A stretch of 64,000 nucleotides of DNA from the human T2T-CHM13v2.0 reference genome, Homo sapiens. Within the stretch, counting starts at the first letter, position 1. The number at the start of each line of letters is the position of its first letter. The notes below the pieces were generated by a model that was not told the origin of the DNA, ran no database searches, and was given only the letters and a program-made list of their open reading frames with translations. The DNA lies in the NCBI RefSeq assembly GCF_009914755.1, contig NC_060928.1, one strand, 5' to 3'. Below are positions 26,121-39,801 of this stretch, piece after piece. The position numbers and the translations under genes are program-made.

Positions 26121-27504
26121 CCTTTATTTGTACCTAGCCCAGAGATGAATTATTAGAGAGATAGATAATAATTTTATAGACTCAGAATATCACTGCTCAT
26201 ACATTCTATTTATTTAGTAACTTTCTTCCTGAAGAGATAAACTTCAAAGTCTTGTAATAACTATTAGAAATTCTAAACTTTTAAAGTAGTTTTCTCATCT
26301 ATTTCACAATTCTAAAATAAAAATTACTTTGACTTTATTTCTTTAATGTGAAATTTAACTCAATGGCTACTGAATACTATTTTATGTTAGTACTGATTTA
26401 TTATTTTTGAAAAATTTAGTGTGTCAGACTAACTACATTTCAGATATTGGCACTATTCCTTATCACAGTCTTGCTGCAAATTGTTTCTGGAATGAGATTG
26501 GGTGGGTGGGTAAGATAAATTGCAATATTGGCATAGACAACGTCTTCAATTCCTATGTCCACCTGTATGCATTTTCCCATTCAGCAAGGAAAAAAAAATT
26601 ACTATGTAAGGTAAAGATTAGAGAGGCCACCATACACGGTCCTAACAGTCAGGCCAGGCTGCAATCCTTGCTTCCTCTAGCATGCATATGCCAAGATGCA
26701 TTTGCTGAATCAAAGTCTCCTGTCTTTGTCTGCTGATGCTCATGGAGATTTACAAATAGCAGAAGAATCTCTTATGTTCTAGAAACTTAAGTCCTGGATA
26801 AGAAATTCTAATGGTGGAGGACACAATTAGTGTTCTTGTTTTTAATTCATTTTGAAAGTTTTGACTTTGGTGGAGAAAAATAGACTTGGAAAATGATCAG
26901 CAGGTCCCAGACAATATTAAAGAGGAAAAGGACATAGATTATGCCACCAGAAAAGAAACAGGGCTAATGTTCATCTCAGAAAATTTAGACGGAGAGGTTG
27001 AAATTAAAATGATAAGTCCATGAAAAGGAATGTCCAGGGAGAAGCTGAGCCAGAGATTGTGGAAGATAGTAGATAAGACACAGAGAGAACCGGCAAGGAA
27101 CAAATGCTCATGGACCATTGCTCAACACGTTCAAACAAAATGACCTTGAACTTTTGAGAACCACAGAGCACTGGGAACAGGGATTCAGCACTAGAATCAG
27201 GCAACTGAATGCTACAGATTTTTAGGTTTGTCTGTGCAAAACAAACAGACATAATGTAAGAATGTAAGACTATTATTTCATAAAAAATTAAATATGTAAA
27301 AATATAAACAAGATGAAAATTATTAAGCCAAGTAAGAACAGAGAAAAAGGAACGAATATTTTACTATTGTCAGAGTATCCTGTAGATCTTTTGGCCAGAA
27401 TACCTTTCCTGCTTCAGGGCAAAATTCATTAAATCTTTATTGATCATTTACCATAACCAAAGAATAAGACTAGGCACAGTGAAAAAGCAAAGATGAGTGA
27501 GAGA

Positions 27505-27735
27505 GCAGCTAATATATATTAATGGCATGAAAATTGCCAGGCTTAATTCTAAGTGTTTTGTAAATATCAACCCACTAAATCCCCACAATAAAGTATGAGG
27601 GTTGGAGACTCACCTTATAGATGAGGAATTTAGGCACGAGGGCTAAGCAATTTGCTCAAAGTCACATGCAAACAAATGTTAGGTTCAAAACTGGGATGTC
27701 TAGCTTTGGAGTTTGTGTTCTCAAGCATTACACTG
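27505..27735 (-). mobile_element. MIR fragment
   Basis: ttatagatgaggaa...ctaagcaatttgctcaaagtcaca. Confidence 0.6.
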
Positions 27736-29423
27736 CAATGTGACTTTTGTTTTCCTTAGCTCTCAATTCAATAGAAACAAAGAAAAATAGACAATAATTT
27801 TGAAATAGTAAAAGTTCTCTAATAGAGTACCTTTGAAGCCCTACAGATGCACTGAGGATGAATTAGTCATGCTAGGACTGGTAGGACACCAGCATTTCAA
27901 TGAAGATACAACATCTAAGTTTATACATATATAAGGTTCCTGACTTGCTTTTCTGAAAATTCTTATGTGGAACTTAGAAAAATCATTAAGAAAATATATT
28001 TATTTGGCTAAAATGTCTTCCCACAAAGAGATCCAGTGATTGACACAAAAAGTAAGAATCTTATTAATAACATTATCATGCTTCAGTATCTTTTAGTTTT
28101 CTTCAATTATTATATCCCATCTCCTCCTCCAGCAGCATCAGGTGCCATACATGTATCAGGAAACCATCCTTCTTGAAAAGTCAACTTTAAATTTTACAAA
28201 ACCTTTAAATTACACCAATGAAAATCTGCCCTTCTGGCTTCATTTAAAAATTACTCCATGACCTTTACTTTTTTCCACTAAATAAAATAACATGAAATAA
28301 ATACCTACTTAATAAATAAAATGACTTTTCATATGCATAAAGTGTTCAGTGAAACCCTCATCTGTTAGGTAACCTAAACATGCATGGTTTCCTAAACTAC
28401 ACTTCCTATGACATGATTTTCCTGCCCTTCACCAATATTGTGTTGGCAATTGATAAAGTGGGAAAAAAAGCACTGGATTCGCGAAGACAAGGGACCCTGT
28501 TTCCATTCTAGAGCTCGGCTTTCACTTCATTAAGGATTTCACTGAAATCTTGATGCATATGAAAAATCATTTTATTTATTAGTTAGATATTTGTTCTGTA
28601 TTCTTATTTAATGGAAAAATGAAAGGAAAGGCAGTCATATTGAAATGATGTCAGAAGGGCAGATTTTGACTTGGTCTAATGTTAATGTTTTGTAGAAATT
28701 CAAGTTGACTCATCAAGAAGGATGGCTTCCTGATAGAATGATGCTGTATGATGCTGCTGGGGGAGGTGTTGGGATTTAATTGGGAGACTCCATCACTAAG
28801 AAAAACATTAAGTGTACAAGTTCTAAGGTTTCCAGGGTTCTAAAAAACAATAATTACTAACATGTCATATTATATTTTCTTTTATTCCAAAGAATAAAGA
28901 GATGAAAGGTTAAAACATCCACACAAAGTTTAACATGTTATTTGAAGCAACATGAATAATACAAAGTTTATTATAATTATGAATATGTCATCTTAGGAGT
29001 CTCTGTTGTCCCAAGTAGAAAAATAAATATCAAAGCTCTCCTTTCTCCAAAGTAGACAATAATTTATCTCTGAGCTTGTCTTTGAAATATTTTTCCTTCA
29101 TATTTTGAAAAGTTTAAAAGTTGAAAAACTTTACTCATTTTTTTTTCCCTCAGAAAACACTTTATTTTTGGTATGAGAGGCAAAAACTTCACTGACCACT
29201 CATGTTATACTACCAGAGAATATACTTTCTAAATCCCTAATATCTGGAATTTTAATTAAAGGTGCTAATTTTAAAAAACAAAAACATAAACTATTTGTAG
29301 ACCTCTTTTTTTTCCCCATGAATACTACGTCTTTTTTCCAAACATAAACGCATTTCAGATTCACTGTTTTGTTCTAAGACATAAAATACCCGAAGGAAAC
29401 CAAAAAGAAAATTGTATACCTAC

Positions 29424-29641
29424 CTCGTGGTATTTTTTAGTAACTTTGCTTGGGACACATTGACATTCATTGCAATTGTGGAGACAACAGGCACAGTTCC
29501 CACCACAGCGTTTAACCAGGAGACAACCTGGCCAGAAAATGGTATCGGTTCTCTTTAGTTCTTCCCTTATGGACACTGAGAAGTTACGAGGTGTGCAGCT
29601 GTATAATCTTACCTCCTCTGTTAGAAGGTTCAGATCCACCA
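29424..29641 (-). CDS. PDGFC: PDGFC exon 5 (218 nt): PDGF/VEGF cystine-knot growth-factor domain
   Basis: Translates (V)VDLNLLTEEVRLYSCTPRNFSVSIREELKRTDTIFWPGCLLVKRCGGNCACCLHNCNECQCVPSKVTKKYHE, with the PxC..V.RCGG.C family motif. Acceptor ccatatag|TG, donor GAG|gtaggt. Phase matches exon 4. Confidence 0.98.
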
Positions 29642-32600
29642 CTATATGGTATAAAAGAAAGCAAAGAAAAATAGATGTTGATGCTTTGAGCCTGAATGTA
29701 TTTCATTAAGCTCTTTTCATAAAGAAATCTTACGTTATTTCATGAACAATATCCATAACAATATCCGCTCTTATTGTAAGTAGATTTTAGAGATATACAA
29801 CTACAAATTGGACCTTCTAGTTCATAGCAAACAAAGCTTCATTATGACTTAGCGACCAGTAAAGAGATGCCATTGTGTAATATTAAGAACAGAGCCAACA
29901 AAACAGTTGAAAGCTATAAATAGGAAACTTTATACAGACAAAAAAGGCCACACGTTTTAACCTTAGTAAAAAAAAAAAAAATAGACATGGAGAACACAGG
30001 AGAGAAGAATAAAATGCAAGATGATGAATGCTTTGATTAAAAAACAAGTATAATTCTTAAAAGGATTTTAGGCTCATACAATTAGTGAAGAACAATTTAT
30101 TGAAATGTGTCAACAGCTCTTTCTATAATCTCTATGGCAATAACCATCATAAAATATAAAAAAAGCATGAAGAGAACGCACATTTGAAGACAGCTGTGTA
30201 GACCATGAGTGAAAAAAAATGACATACTTTATAAGAGCAGAAGTTGTTGGAAGGCAATGCTTCAAATGCATTGAATGATTTCCCATCTTGGAAATTCAGA
30301 CTAACTAAACTAAACTCCTTCAGATACCTATCCTTCCCCTGCTAATGGGTGGAAGAAATGTTTAATTTATCTAATTTATAACCCCAGCCTCTACTCCTTT
30401 AGCAAGTTGGTTAACTATGCTGTTTGTGCTTTATTCTATGAAGAATACCTACTTTTGAGGACCTAACAAAATATTCTTTATTGCAGTAAATCCTCAAAGA
30501 ACCATTGTTTTTAACTACAAAATGATTCTGCCTCAGGAAAATTATATCGAAATAACATGCCATGTTCAATGTGAATTTATACATATCACATGAATAGTAG
30601 GTAATTACTATTAGGATAAAGACTTCTAATATAATTTATTTTCTGCCTTACATCTCTGCCTATTTTTTTCCCCTAGAAATATTCAAATAAAGCAATTCCA
30701 ATGAGATTGAATACTTTCAGATAACATATATGCCTTCAGGGTTTTTTTCTCCTAATAAAGTTTTTTAAAAATTTAGAAATATTATCTAAAATATAATAAA
30801 CCTACTTAAATACCTTTCCACTAATATGGATAACACAGACATGAATGAAAAAAAAGAAAGCTATTTTCTGGTTAAAGATGGCTTCAAGTAGAAATAATCA
30901 CGATGTAATCCAATTTTTTAAATTAAAAGCTAAGTTTTATTAATTTTTAAGTGACAAGGTAAGAATCAAATGCTTATTTTCTTGGATTTGTTATACATGT
31001 GATCAGGTGTTTTTAATACTTATATTGTCTTAATTGTCTTTGATAATTTAAGTATTTTAAGAAACGTATTATAAAATTATGCATAGGTAATTGTAAATTA
31101 GAAATGTATGTAAACTATATGATAGACTAAAACCTGAGTCAAGTATAGGAAAGCACCAAAGAAATCCCAATTCAATGAGTCCATTTCAACACCTTATTCA
31201 GCTAAAAAATTATTTTTCTAACTCAAGGGAAAGTCATTGTTTCATTTGGCTACTGAAAGATTTCTTTTTAATCTGAAAATGATCCTGTGAAGGCAAAGCT
31301 TTTAAATATTTAAAGCAAATCCTTCTTTCAAATGCTCTGAATAGGCCAACTTATCCCTAATAAAAGTAATGAGCTCATTATGCTAAATGGTATCACATAT
31401 TTTACCTGGTTTCATTTTGCTGATCTAATAGTATATGCATACATTCCTCTTTAATTGTTAAAACTATATATGAGCTTATTTGAAGCTTTTCTCTAGTATT
31501 TAATGCCTGGGCAAGGAGGAAGAAGACTTAAAATATGCACAAACACAAAATCTGGTTGCCAAAGTCTTCAATGCTTATTTAAGAATTATACTTCTTTAGA
31601 ATGTGAGTGAAGAAGCTCTCAGCTCTCAAAGCATATTCACCTATGTCAAGTAGTTTTAAATATGCTATTTCATGATAATAGAAAATGAGATTGTATACGT
31701 TTCCTTTAAAATGTTTACTTAACCACAATAAAAGGTTAGACAGATTTCCCAAGTGAACTTAGTTGTGATACCTGCTACAATGTGAAAATTTAAACACACT
31801 TTTAACTTAGCTTCCACTCATTTATCATGTTTGACACAAAAGTCAAAAGCCCTTTTTACGTACTAGTTAAGCTTGACTTAGAAAATACAGTATTTTTTTG
31901 TAGCAGTAGCAAGGTATGAATGAAAACCCTGAACTAGAGGAAGAAAGTGAAAGAAAAAAAAGTAAAGCATTTATGCAGTCCACAGTTTTCTAAAAATATA
32001 ACTAAGGATTTTAAATTTGGCATTTCATTTTGAAATTTATGCTGCCTACTGCTAAGGCTTCAAACGCATATAAGCTTCATTAAGTTAAGTCATATGTCAT
32101 ACATTCTTGAAACATTGTATAGTACTTTTGGGGGGGGAAGGCAAATAAAGAGAAAAAGGAAAAGAAGAAAGAAAGATAATGTACCAAAGGATACTTTTTG
32201 AATAGCTTAACTATAATAATATTAAAGAAGTTTCCCTCTGCCAAATATTTGTAAAAGTTGGTCTTCAGATTTTTTTCCTTTTCATAATTATCTCCTAAGA
32301 AAACAAATACAGGTATTAGTTTGTTTTTCTAAAGAATGCAGATTTTGAGCACATCACCAACCAAAATCATTATTTTTAAATGCAAATGTCATTAATATTA
32401 TACGTTTTGCTACAAAAAACAGTAATATTTTTCTTTGTTAGTTGTTCATTCTTTTAAGATATTCAGTCCAAAGATAGTCTATTACTGTAATGTAATCTGA
32501 GGGTGGTCTTTCTAAGATGAATGTGGTAACACTGTGATGTTTATTCTGTGGGAAATCTATTTCAATGTCTAATTAGAAGCTTTTAAAAGTTTGACTCCTT

Positions 32601-34336
32601 ATTCCTTTGTAGAGATACTCTCAGGAGGGGAGTTGGTTTTGTCTATATAGATGTTATCCTACACTTGTATTTTAGTTTATGTAAAGTTCCAAAAATGTAC
32701 ACTGCTTTTCTCACACTTTTTGCATGCTTAAAAAGTTAATAAATTTGGAAAACTGCAAAGGGCTTCAATTTTGAAAGTGTTAAATGAATATCTGAAAGAT
32801 CTGTTCAGCTTCCGATGCTTTTGAATGCAGGCTAGCCTCTGGCCAAATCTTTGAGCACCAGGCGTACATTTTCAGGCATAAAGCCTTGGCTAGAAGGGAG
32901 GTTTTTAGGCTCAAATCCAGAAATCAGCTGTCAAAAAACTAGATCTCAGTTTAGAACCTGATTCACTGCCCCTGCTTCTTACAGATCAACATGATAATCA
33001 ACTTCAAATTTGCTAACAAGGGCTCTATTCATGGATATTTCAGCTAGTCTTGCAGATCTTCATCTTCCTGTTCCTAAGTGGGAGGGAAGGGAAGTGTTGC
33101 TCGTAAGTTATTCATCAAGTTATTCATCAAGATCAAATCTTATAAATATGTAACAGCTTTCAGCATCTGGACAGGACTCAACTGCCCAGGCACTTGAACA
33201 CTGATTTCAAATATTGCCAAAAGGAAACCACGTCTGTTGGCATAGTGAAATACCAGGGCTGGGCAAGTCTGAACATGACCTGCTGAGATTAAAGCTCATG
33301 ATCCAAAAAAGCTGCAACTCTTAGAGCAGGAAAGGGCAGGAATCGGGTTTCCTTCTGACAAGGTTTAGAAGAGCAAGTCTGGTGCAATCTGCCCTTGTGA
33401 ATGGCTCAAATTAACCGAACATTATTCCTTTCATATAAATTCTCTAGGCTGTCACTGCATTCTCCAAAGCAGTCGATTTCACTGTTTCTGACAGACTAAA
33501 ACAGATATTTTGAGTGCATTGTAATTAAACAGTTATTTCTATACGTTTTCATTTGTGTCTGCTATGGATGCTTTCCAATTCCAATGTTACTAAAAAAATT
33601 AGGTAATTTTATAGAAAACTCAGTTAAGATTATTTCCAATTTCTTGGCCATGCAGAATTAGGTTTAATTAACATCACTTTCACTCTTAGAGAAAGATACA
33701 CCCATATGGGCAAAAGTGATTATTTCAACAGCAAATTTATATAGTTAAAAATTATTATGGTGTGGGTTCTTTTAGGTTCTTGTTTTCTTGCTATGAATCC
33801 TGCCTTGAAAACTATGAATTCTATTTTATGTTGGGTCGTTGCCATTTTTCATAGTTCTTAGAATTGTCTAGGCTTAGAAAATGCAAAGTCATATAATACT
33901 GACCCATGGGAGATACTGTAGACAAACATTTTTGTAGAGGATCCCCTTTTTCTATCCCTAACCTGGTTTTGCAGCTATGATAATTTCTTTTGAGTCCCAA
34001 AATCAACATATTCCAAGTATTAGGTTTGAGTAAGCAGTGATTTTTGTAAAATGCAATGAAGGACTTCATCAAAATGATATTTTTGAAGATAATATATAAC
34101 TGGAATTTTCAGAAGTATCCCCCTTTCAATTTTCCACACCCACTGGGTTATAACTAAGTTCCTCCTTTTGTATATATTATTATTCAATATATAAATATGC
34201 TCAAATGATAAGAAAATGTATTGAATATATCACTGATGAATTTTAAACTCTACCCTTTAGAAGCTGTGGCAGAAGAATCTGAAACATTAGCTGTTAAGAA
34301 AATTAAATGAGGTTCTAATCTGAAGAGGGAGCTTAC

Positions 34337-34544
34337 CTCTGGATTTTCTTCCAAAAACAAAAGCCTTGCCAAGAAGTTGCCAAGTTGGCCTATATAGATC
34401 TTCTAAGTCCAACTGCCATCTCTCTGGTTCAAGATATCGAATAAGGTCTTCCAAGGTACTAAAGGCAGTTATAGCATTATTAAGCAGGTCCAGTGGCAAA
34501 GCTGAAGGGGGTAGCACTGAAGGACTCACAGCTTCTGTGAATTG
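34337..34544 (-). CDS. PDGFC: PDGFC exon 4 (208 nt): hinge region ending in the RKSR proteolytic activation site
   Basis: Translates QFTEAVSPSVLPPSALPLDLLNNAITAFSTLEDLIRYLEPERWQLDLEDLYRPTWQLLGKAFVFGRKSR. Acceptor ttttactttcag|CAA, donor AGAG|gtaagc, ends in phase 1. Confidence 0.97.
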
Positions 34545-35139
34545 CTGAAAGTAAAATGAATCCTGTGTTAACTGTTTTAAAAACGACAATGTATTCCTTC
34601 TGGACATATGCAAGAAATTATAAAGACTGAGGCTGGAAATATGTGTGAAGGGAAATTGTATTGAATCCAATTAGAAATAACTACTCTGCAAAGACTTCAT
34701 GAAGATGAACTCTGATAGATTTCCTGTAAAATCAATGAGAAAGACATTAATTTTCATTACCACCAACCGTGAGGGATATGGATATCTTTTGGTCATATAA
34801 AAGAATTAAAAATATCTTCATGGTTCAATTACAAACTTAGAATGAAAACTATAATACAGTTTACCAAATTTTCCTTTTCTTTTCCACTTTTCATTTTCCT
34901 TAATCTGAAAAATTACCTGGTAGTTATGCAAATTAGTGTCACATAAATTAAAAATGGAATAAGAAATAATTAACCCAAAAGATCTAGAACAAAATAGTTA
35001 GAAATCATTTGACATTAAAGAACTTATTAATCAAGATAGAAAATATCTAAATCATAAAAGATCAGCTTAATAAATTGCCTACAATATATTTTTAATATAA
35101 AATGCCTAATAAACAAGATTAAGAGATCGGAGGGACACT

Positions 35140-35560
35140 GGAGAACACACTGACAAACTATGTGACTGTCATAAGATTAGTATCCAGAATATACAAAAAT
35201 AAAGACAAATGCAATGGAAGAAAAATGGGCATATTACAGATAAAAAGCTTGAATGGTCAATAAACATATGAAAATATGCTGAACTTCATTATCAGAGAAA
35301 TCCAAAGAGAGATATTATTTCACATACGAAAAAAGGATACTTTTTCACACAGATGAGATGGGCAAGAATTTTAAAAAGGATTACTGAGGATGTGATTAAA
35401 TTGGAACTCCTCTGCTCTGCCTGCAGAAGTTAGTGTACGTAGGCACAACACTTTAGCTGATGTAACTGATAAGCACTGAATATTCTTTCACTTATGCACA
35501 TGGAAATATGTTCAATGATTAGAAAGACTGGAAGCAATCTAAATGCCCACATATAGGAAA
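35140..35560 (+). mobile_element. Old L1M fragment
   Basis: ttagtatccagaatataca...aatggtcaataaacatatgaaaa.atgct..acttcatt. Confidence 0.65.
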
Positions 35561-35569
35561 ACACTAACA

Positions 35570-36065
35570 CATCGGCTCTTCCTTTTCATTCTCATTACTT
35601 CCATCCTGGGCTCCATACTAAAAACATGTACTATAAATAGCAGCTTCTAACCTTATCTCCTTACCTTTAATCATTTTTCTCTCCTTTTGTTCTATGCTGC
35701 ATAATCCTGGGTTAATCTACTAAATAAGATATTACTGATCCTATGATGAATTTGGACAAATGCCTATGTGATTTCTCATCTGGAGGATAAAATCCAAATT
35801 CCTTACACAGCATTCAGAGCCCTCAAAAACTGACCTCTGCTCACCTTCCACTCTAATCTGCTACTCATCAGAGACATGCATATTTTGTTCCAATCAGTCT
35901 AGTCTCTTCACTGACTACTGCACATATAATATCATCTCAGACTTTGTAACTTATGCTAAATCTGTCCCCATACCTGACATGCAAAAACTCTCCCCCCGTT
36001 GATCCACATCATAAATCTTTACCATTACAATGACCTTTTCAAAAATCCAATTCATCCATGAAACC
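35570..36065 (+). mobile_element. Degenerate L2 fragment
   Basis: aggataaaatccaaattcctta..cagcattcagagccct matches an L2 phrase. Confidence 0.55.
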
Positions 36066-38970
36066 TGGCACAACAGGGTCATCACTGTCCCACAGCCCTC
36101 TGTGGGCTGCTCTGTGAGCACTTGGCTTGAAGAGCAGAAGCTGCCCAGTAAACTAGGAAAAGGAGCACCTTTCCTCTGGACAGGCACAACCCTCGTGGGG
36201 CTCCTGGCTTTGTGGGTGTCCCGCTGCCCACAGGGGAACATTCTTACAGGGTATAATCGGCAGAAATGAACGTGGCAGCCTTGGGCCAACAATGATTTCA
36301 TCCTTTTTTTTTTTTTTTTTTTAACAAAAGTTTATTGAGTAACTACAGTGTTCCAGGGCCTGTGTGTGCATTATGAGAAAAGCACAGTGGAATGACAATG
36401 TCTGGCCTCCTTCCTTGCCTGGATTACTCACATGTACTTTCCAAGTCTCCACTCAGCTGTTACTCCTTTCATCTTTTTGTTTTTTAAATAAGTTTTATTT
36501 TGTATATCTGAGGTTTATGACATGATGTTACAGAATAAACAAAGATACGCAAAGATACATGGAAAATGTGTAAGTACATATATATACAGTACAATGGTTA
36601 CTATTAAAGACTTAATTTCAATAATGTCAAGGATCTGGCTAAAATATTAGGACTAAGATATTTTCTAATTATTTTATGATATTTTTGCTCTACCCATTAG
36701 TCTGTTAAACTTTGAGAGTTTATTACCCTAATATGTTTTTATTACCCAGTGTTTTCTATAATTGTCCAAGGAACACAAAATTGCTTTGACAGAACTATGA
36801 CTGAAAACTCTATTATAGATATAAACATTGATCTAAAAACGGTTTTAATTTTAATTTAGCTAATTAAGCTACTATTGATTAAATTTATGGTGTAAAAAGT
36901 TAACGCAAATTTTTGCATATTTCAAAAATATAAGCCTATATATGTATACAAATGTTTTATAAAGTAAAAATTAAGGGGTCAATAATAGTCAAAGAATCAG
37001 TATTATTACAAATGGAAAGTTTCAAAATCTGTACAGATAAAATAAGTGGTTGCTAGCAAGTTAATACAAAAAGTATACATTATTTATTAAATTGTCAGGG
37101 TGCAGATGTATATTTTAAGCATAAAATATAATTGCTATGTAGGGTAATTTCAATTAGACTGTAATCCAAGAATGATTTGGCTTATTTTGCTTCCAGTCTG
37201 TTGGAGACTCTCTGAATAAAGCATTTCTTTTGAAGCAATACAAAGTTCTAACTGAAATTAATATTGCTGAGATGCAGTCCAAAATATTAACACAAAAGAA
37301 GGCAAAACAAGATAAGCCTGTAATAATGGGCAAACAAAAGATGCACACCTTAGGTCCAGTGAAGTATCTGCAATCTGCATACCCATCCCTTCAAATGTGA
37401 AAGGTTGGGAGAAAAGCATCTTCTGTTACTGTATGTATAGATCAGTTGGTGTTACAAATCTCTAAGCTTCTAAATATTTAAATTAAAATTTGATAAATTT
37501 AGAAAGACAACTCTTTCCCCACCACACCCCACACACAGTGGTCCCCACCCAGAAAACAGGAAAGAAGAATGAACATAAGTTCCCAGGATTCAAAGAATCA
37601 ATCCCTGGACAGAACAGGGGAAGTGGTGCTTCTATTTAAGGGCCTTCTCATGACTGTCCCTCCACCCACTGGTTCAAGAAAGAGCCGAGTTGTTCAGTTT
37701 CAAAGTTCTGCTTTTCTAAGTTGTTTAAAGGGACTCTCAGAGAGAAAGGGGGGAGCAATGAAAAAAAGAAGTTACAGAAAAAAAAATGTCTTTGAATTTT
37801 TAAGTTTTACTTTTCTCTCTAACAAAGTAACACTGTTCATTACAGACTAATAGCATTTTCTCCCATAATTAGTATCTAGAAAATTCTAACAATACTTTTG
37901 ATATTTAAAAACACTTATGATTGGGCTGTTAAACTGGTTAGAATATGCAAAATACGCCTTGACTTGGATTTTCACATTTCCTGTTTATGTCTTTTATTCT
38001 TCATAAAAATATGATGGTGTACTTTTAAGCTATAGGTTGTGCTAAGACAATTTAGTGGATAGCAATGGACACAAACCGGAAGCAGAGTTTCTTGGTGTTC
38101 TGCAATGTAGACAACTAAACCAAAACCCTTATTCAGCCAGAGAAAAGCTTCTGTGTTATCACCTGCAGGGCAGTAATGACAAGCTTGGTGAGGGTGTGGC
38201 CCTAGCCTAGACCCTTTTAGGCCTATTACTTTGTAAGGACAGGTTGTCAAAGAGCAGAAAAGCATCTACAATCTATGTGATGAAGTGTCCTGCCAAAGAG
38301 TACATTTCTAAGATGTCAGCTCCATGAGATAAGGATCCTATGCAAAATCGGGTCTTTAAAATTCTCTGATGAAAGTTACTCTGAATGACAACATGATAAT
38401 GAGAGAACTACGATCAGGAGTTAAGGAACTGGACTCTAAATCCCAGAGATACTCACATGTAGGGAAGAGAGTTTGACTAAACTGCATAATCAATCTGTGC
38501 CTCAGTTTCCTCCACTACAAAATATGGTAGCTATATTCAATGACCTTCAAGTTTCTTGCCAGCTTTTACATGTAAAAATTCTACTTAATTATCAGATACA
38601 AGAGGGTCCAATACAGCTTCAGCAAAATTATCTTGAGAGCTTCAAAAATATAATAAACAACTTAGTAAGTCTATAATGGGACTGAACTCTATTTTTTTTT
38701 TCTTTTAACTCTCCTTGTTGTTTTAGCAGATGAGTGAGTTTTGGGAAACACTGCCCTGTGGTACAACTGTGGGATAATTCTACATTTACATATATATATA
38801 AAATTTTGAGAGTACATGAAGTTTACCCTGCTCTTTAAGACATCAAATATCCTAGAAAGGCATGTCTGGCTTATAAATAGAAGCAGTATGGTCCTAAAAA
38901 TCTGAAGGAAACAAGTCCGTGCTTAGAAAACTGATACCAAAAATGTTTAAATGAATATAGACACACGTTG

Positions 38971-39363
38971 TATTATGGGCTGAATTAGAGTTCACTCAAA
39001 ATTTCTATTCTACTAAAGTCCTACTCACAGTATCTCAGAATGCCTGTATTTGGAGACAGGGTCTTTAAAGAGATCAGTAAAATAAGGTAACTAGGGTGGA
39101 CCCTAATCTAACATGATTGGTGTTCTTATAGTAAGAGAACATTTTAACATAGACATAGTAGAGAGGGAAGACCATCTGAAGACACAGGAAGAAAATGAAC
39201 ATCTACAAGTATAGGAGAGAGGTGTCAGAAGAAACCAAACCTACTGACACCCTGATCTCAATTTCTAGCAACCAAAATTTTGAGAAAACAAGTTTCCATT
39301 GTTTAAGGCACCACTGTTTAAGTCTGTGGTATTTTGTTAAGGCAGCCCTAGAATGCTAATACA
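38971..39363 (+). mobile_element. MLT1B-like MaLR solo LTR
   Basis: tattatgggctgaatt...gtatttggagacagggtctttaaagag...tttgttaaggcagccctag..ctaataca. Confidence 0.85.
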
Positions 39364-39467
39364 TGCCATCAACTTCTCCACTTAACTATTATAGGAGCAA
39401 ACAAAGGATAATATTACACCATGTCTGTTCAATCATTCAACAAGCATTTATTTAAAAACCTGTAAGG

Positions 39468-39801
39468 GCTCACACAGGTGCAGTGGCTCACACCTGTAAT
39501 CCCAGCACTTCCCGAAGCCAAGGCGGGTGGATCACTTGAGGTTTAGAAGTTCAAGACCAGCCTGGCCAACATAGTGAAACCCCATCTCTACTAAAAATAC
39601 AAAAAATTAGCCAGGCATGTTGGCCACGCTTATAATCCCAGCTACTTGGGAGGCTGAGGGACAAGAATCACTTGAACCCAGGAGGCGGAGGTTGCAATGA
39701 GCCAAGACTGGGCCATGGCACTCCAGCCTGGGTGATAAAGTGAGACTCTGCCTCAAAAAATAAAAAATAAAAAAATAAAAAATAAGGCAAATGAACAAAA
39801 G
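39468..39801 (+). mobile_element. AluS/J-type SINE
   Basis: Dimer with (A6T)n tail and target-site duplication taaaaacctgt(a/g)agg. Confidence 0.93.

Noticed and set aside
29470-34548. Plus-strand ORFs 29470-29709 and 34366-34548
   Set aside because: They are antisense shadows of PDGFC exons 5 and 4 with no independent support.
36305-36410. Minus-strand AATAAA plus A18 resembling a processed-pseudogene tail
   Set aside because: aacaaaagttttattgagtaactac..tgttccagg matches the ordinary L2 3' terminus, and no target-site duplication was found.
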